A DNA stretch of 63,627 bases, the filler included, from Licmophora abbreviata (lineage: Eukaryota): assembly GCA_900291995.1 (NCBI GenBank). It is 10 parts of 10 records of this genome, joined end to end, with 100 filler letters (N's around TTAATTAATTAA, not from the genome) between each part and the next. Parts side by side here need not be neighbours in the genome. Positions count along the whole stretch, not along the records: positions 62,430 to 63,627 come from OLMU01004653.1; 9 more parts are not named here. One strand, 5' to 3'. The notes below the pieces were generated by a model that saw only the letters and a program-made list of their open reading frames with translations, had not been told where the DNA came from and searched no databases. Both the position numbers and the translations under genes were made by a program. Each line of letters opens with the position of its first letter. Position 1 is the stretch's first letter. Below are positions 62,807 through 63,627 of this stretch, in pieces.

Positions 62807-63445
62807 TTGAAAACAACGCTGTTTGTCGATGATTTCGAAATTCGCTTTCTTCGCCAACGTCGTGAGTTTACGCCCTTCATCCTCATGACGAGTCCACCAA
62901 CCGTGTTGAGCGGCGATAACAAGCCTGCTGTTGCTCGCGTCCTTCCACAGGCGGCCTTCCATTCTTGTCCTAGCAGAAACAAGGAACCCCCCATGAGTCT
63001 GAAAGAAGAAGAATTTCCCGCAGAAACTCCTGCTCTTCTTACGACTGCATCCGACTCGATGAAAACGTTCGAATATGTATTTCCAGTCAATCGCAGCAAC
63101 ACCACAGTTGCTAATGGACTAGGACCATCCCCTCCCCATCTAACGACCAACGTGGATCTCACGAACGCGCACCAGCAGGACGATATCCGTTCCGGCGACT
63201 CGCCTTCGTGGTCGGCTGGCGCCACGAATGAGCCGATGAACTTGTTGTTTCTCACCATTCAACACTTTCTCTTTGACTCTCCGAGAAATACTGAGGCTGA
63301 CGAGGACGATGCTTTCCGCAGGCTTCCGCCCCCGACACCGCCAAACAGCCCGGTGATGACTCGCCGTGGTGCGGATTTTTGCAGCAGCAGCAGCAGTCGT
63401 CGTATCAACCTGCTGGCTCCTGTTGCCGGTACCAGGAAACTCTAG
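62807..63445 (+). CDS. Hypothetical low-complexity protein
   Basis: 212-aa open frame only. Confidence 0.3.
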   Translation: MKTTLFVDDFEIRFLRQRREFTPFILMTSPPTVLSGDNKPAVARVLPQAAFHSCPSRNKEPPMSLKEEEFPAETPALLTTASDSMKTFEYVFPVNRSNTTVANGLGPSPPHLTTNVDLTNAHQQDDIRSGDSPSWSAGATNEPMNLLFLTIQHFLFDSPRNTEADEDDAFRRLPPPTPPNSPVMTRRGADFCSSSSSRRINLLAPVAGTRKL

Positions 63446-63627
63446 TAGGGGGTCGCCCCCGCCCAAGGGCGCACCCAGTCCAACTGAGTTTCATTGCTCC
63501 CTAATTTTTGAATCAACTTAATGGAATAACAATTTTGCTTGAAACTTCTCGTTGTACTTGCTGCTTCTACACTCTAAAATATATCAGGCGGAGAAGTAGT
63601 GAAACACATCACATAGCTAGGAGGGAG

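Overview
Eukaryotic, gene-dense, intron-containing genomic scaffold, very probably from a diatom. Evidence: bipartite plastid presequences, a diatom-specific cyclin, a diatom-type sulfotransferase and short GT-AG introns. Contigs are joined by nine artificial 100-nt N44-TTAATTAATTAA-N44 spacers. About 22 protein genes can be supported: Kelch protein, MFS transporter, LYR protein, proteasome beta subunit, two AFG3-like m-AAA proteases, CNNM/CorC transporter, cyclin, PUB/TPR protein, ankyrin protein, Patched/NPC1-like protein, PP4R1-like HEAT protein and several hypotheticals. A CpG-poor degenerate repeat/TE zone lies at about 47.3-53.5 kb. The standout is a head-to-head pair (12710-16022): an intron-containing ArsJ-type MFS exporter and an ArsJ-associated (Gap3-type) GAPDH. 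This looks like the bacterial gapdh-arsJ arsenate-detoxification module kept as a linked gene pair in an algal nucleus. The shared promoter carries tandem YGAATCTH motifs (phosphate-starvation/PSR-like), and the transporter has Cys-rich additions. All family assignments come from motif recognition by eye; no database search was run.
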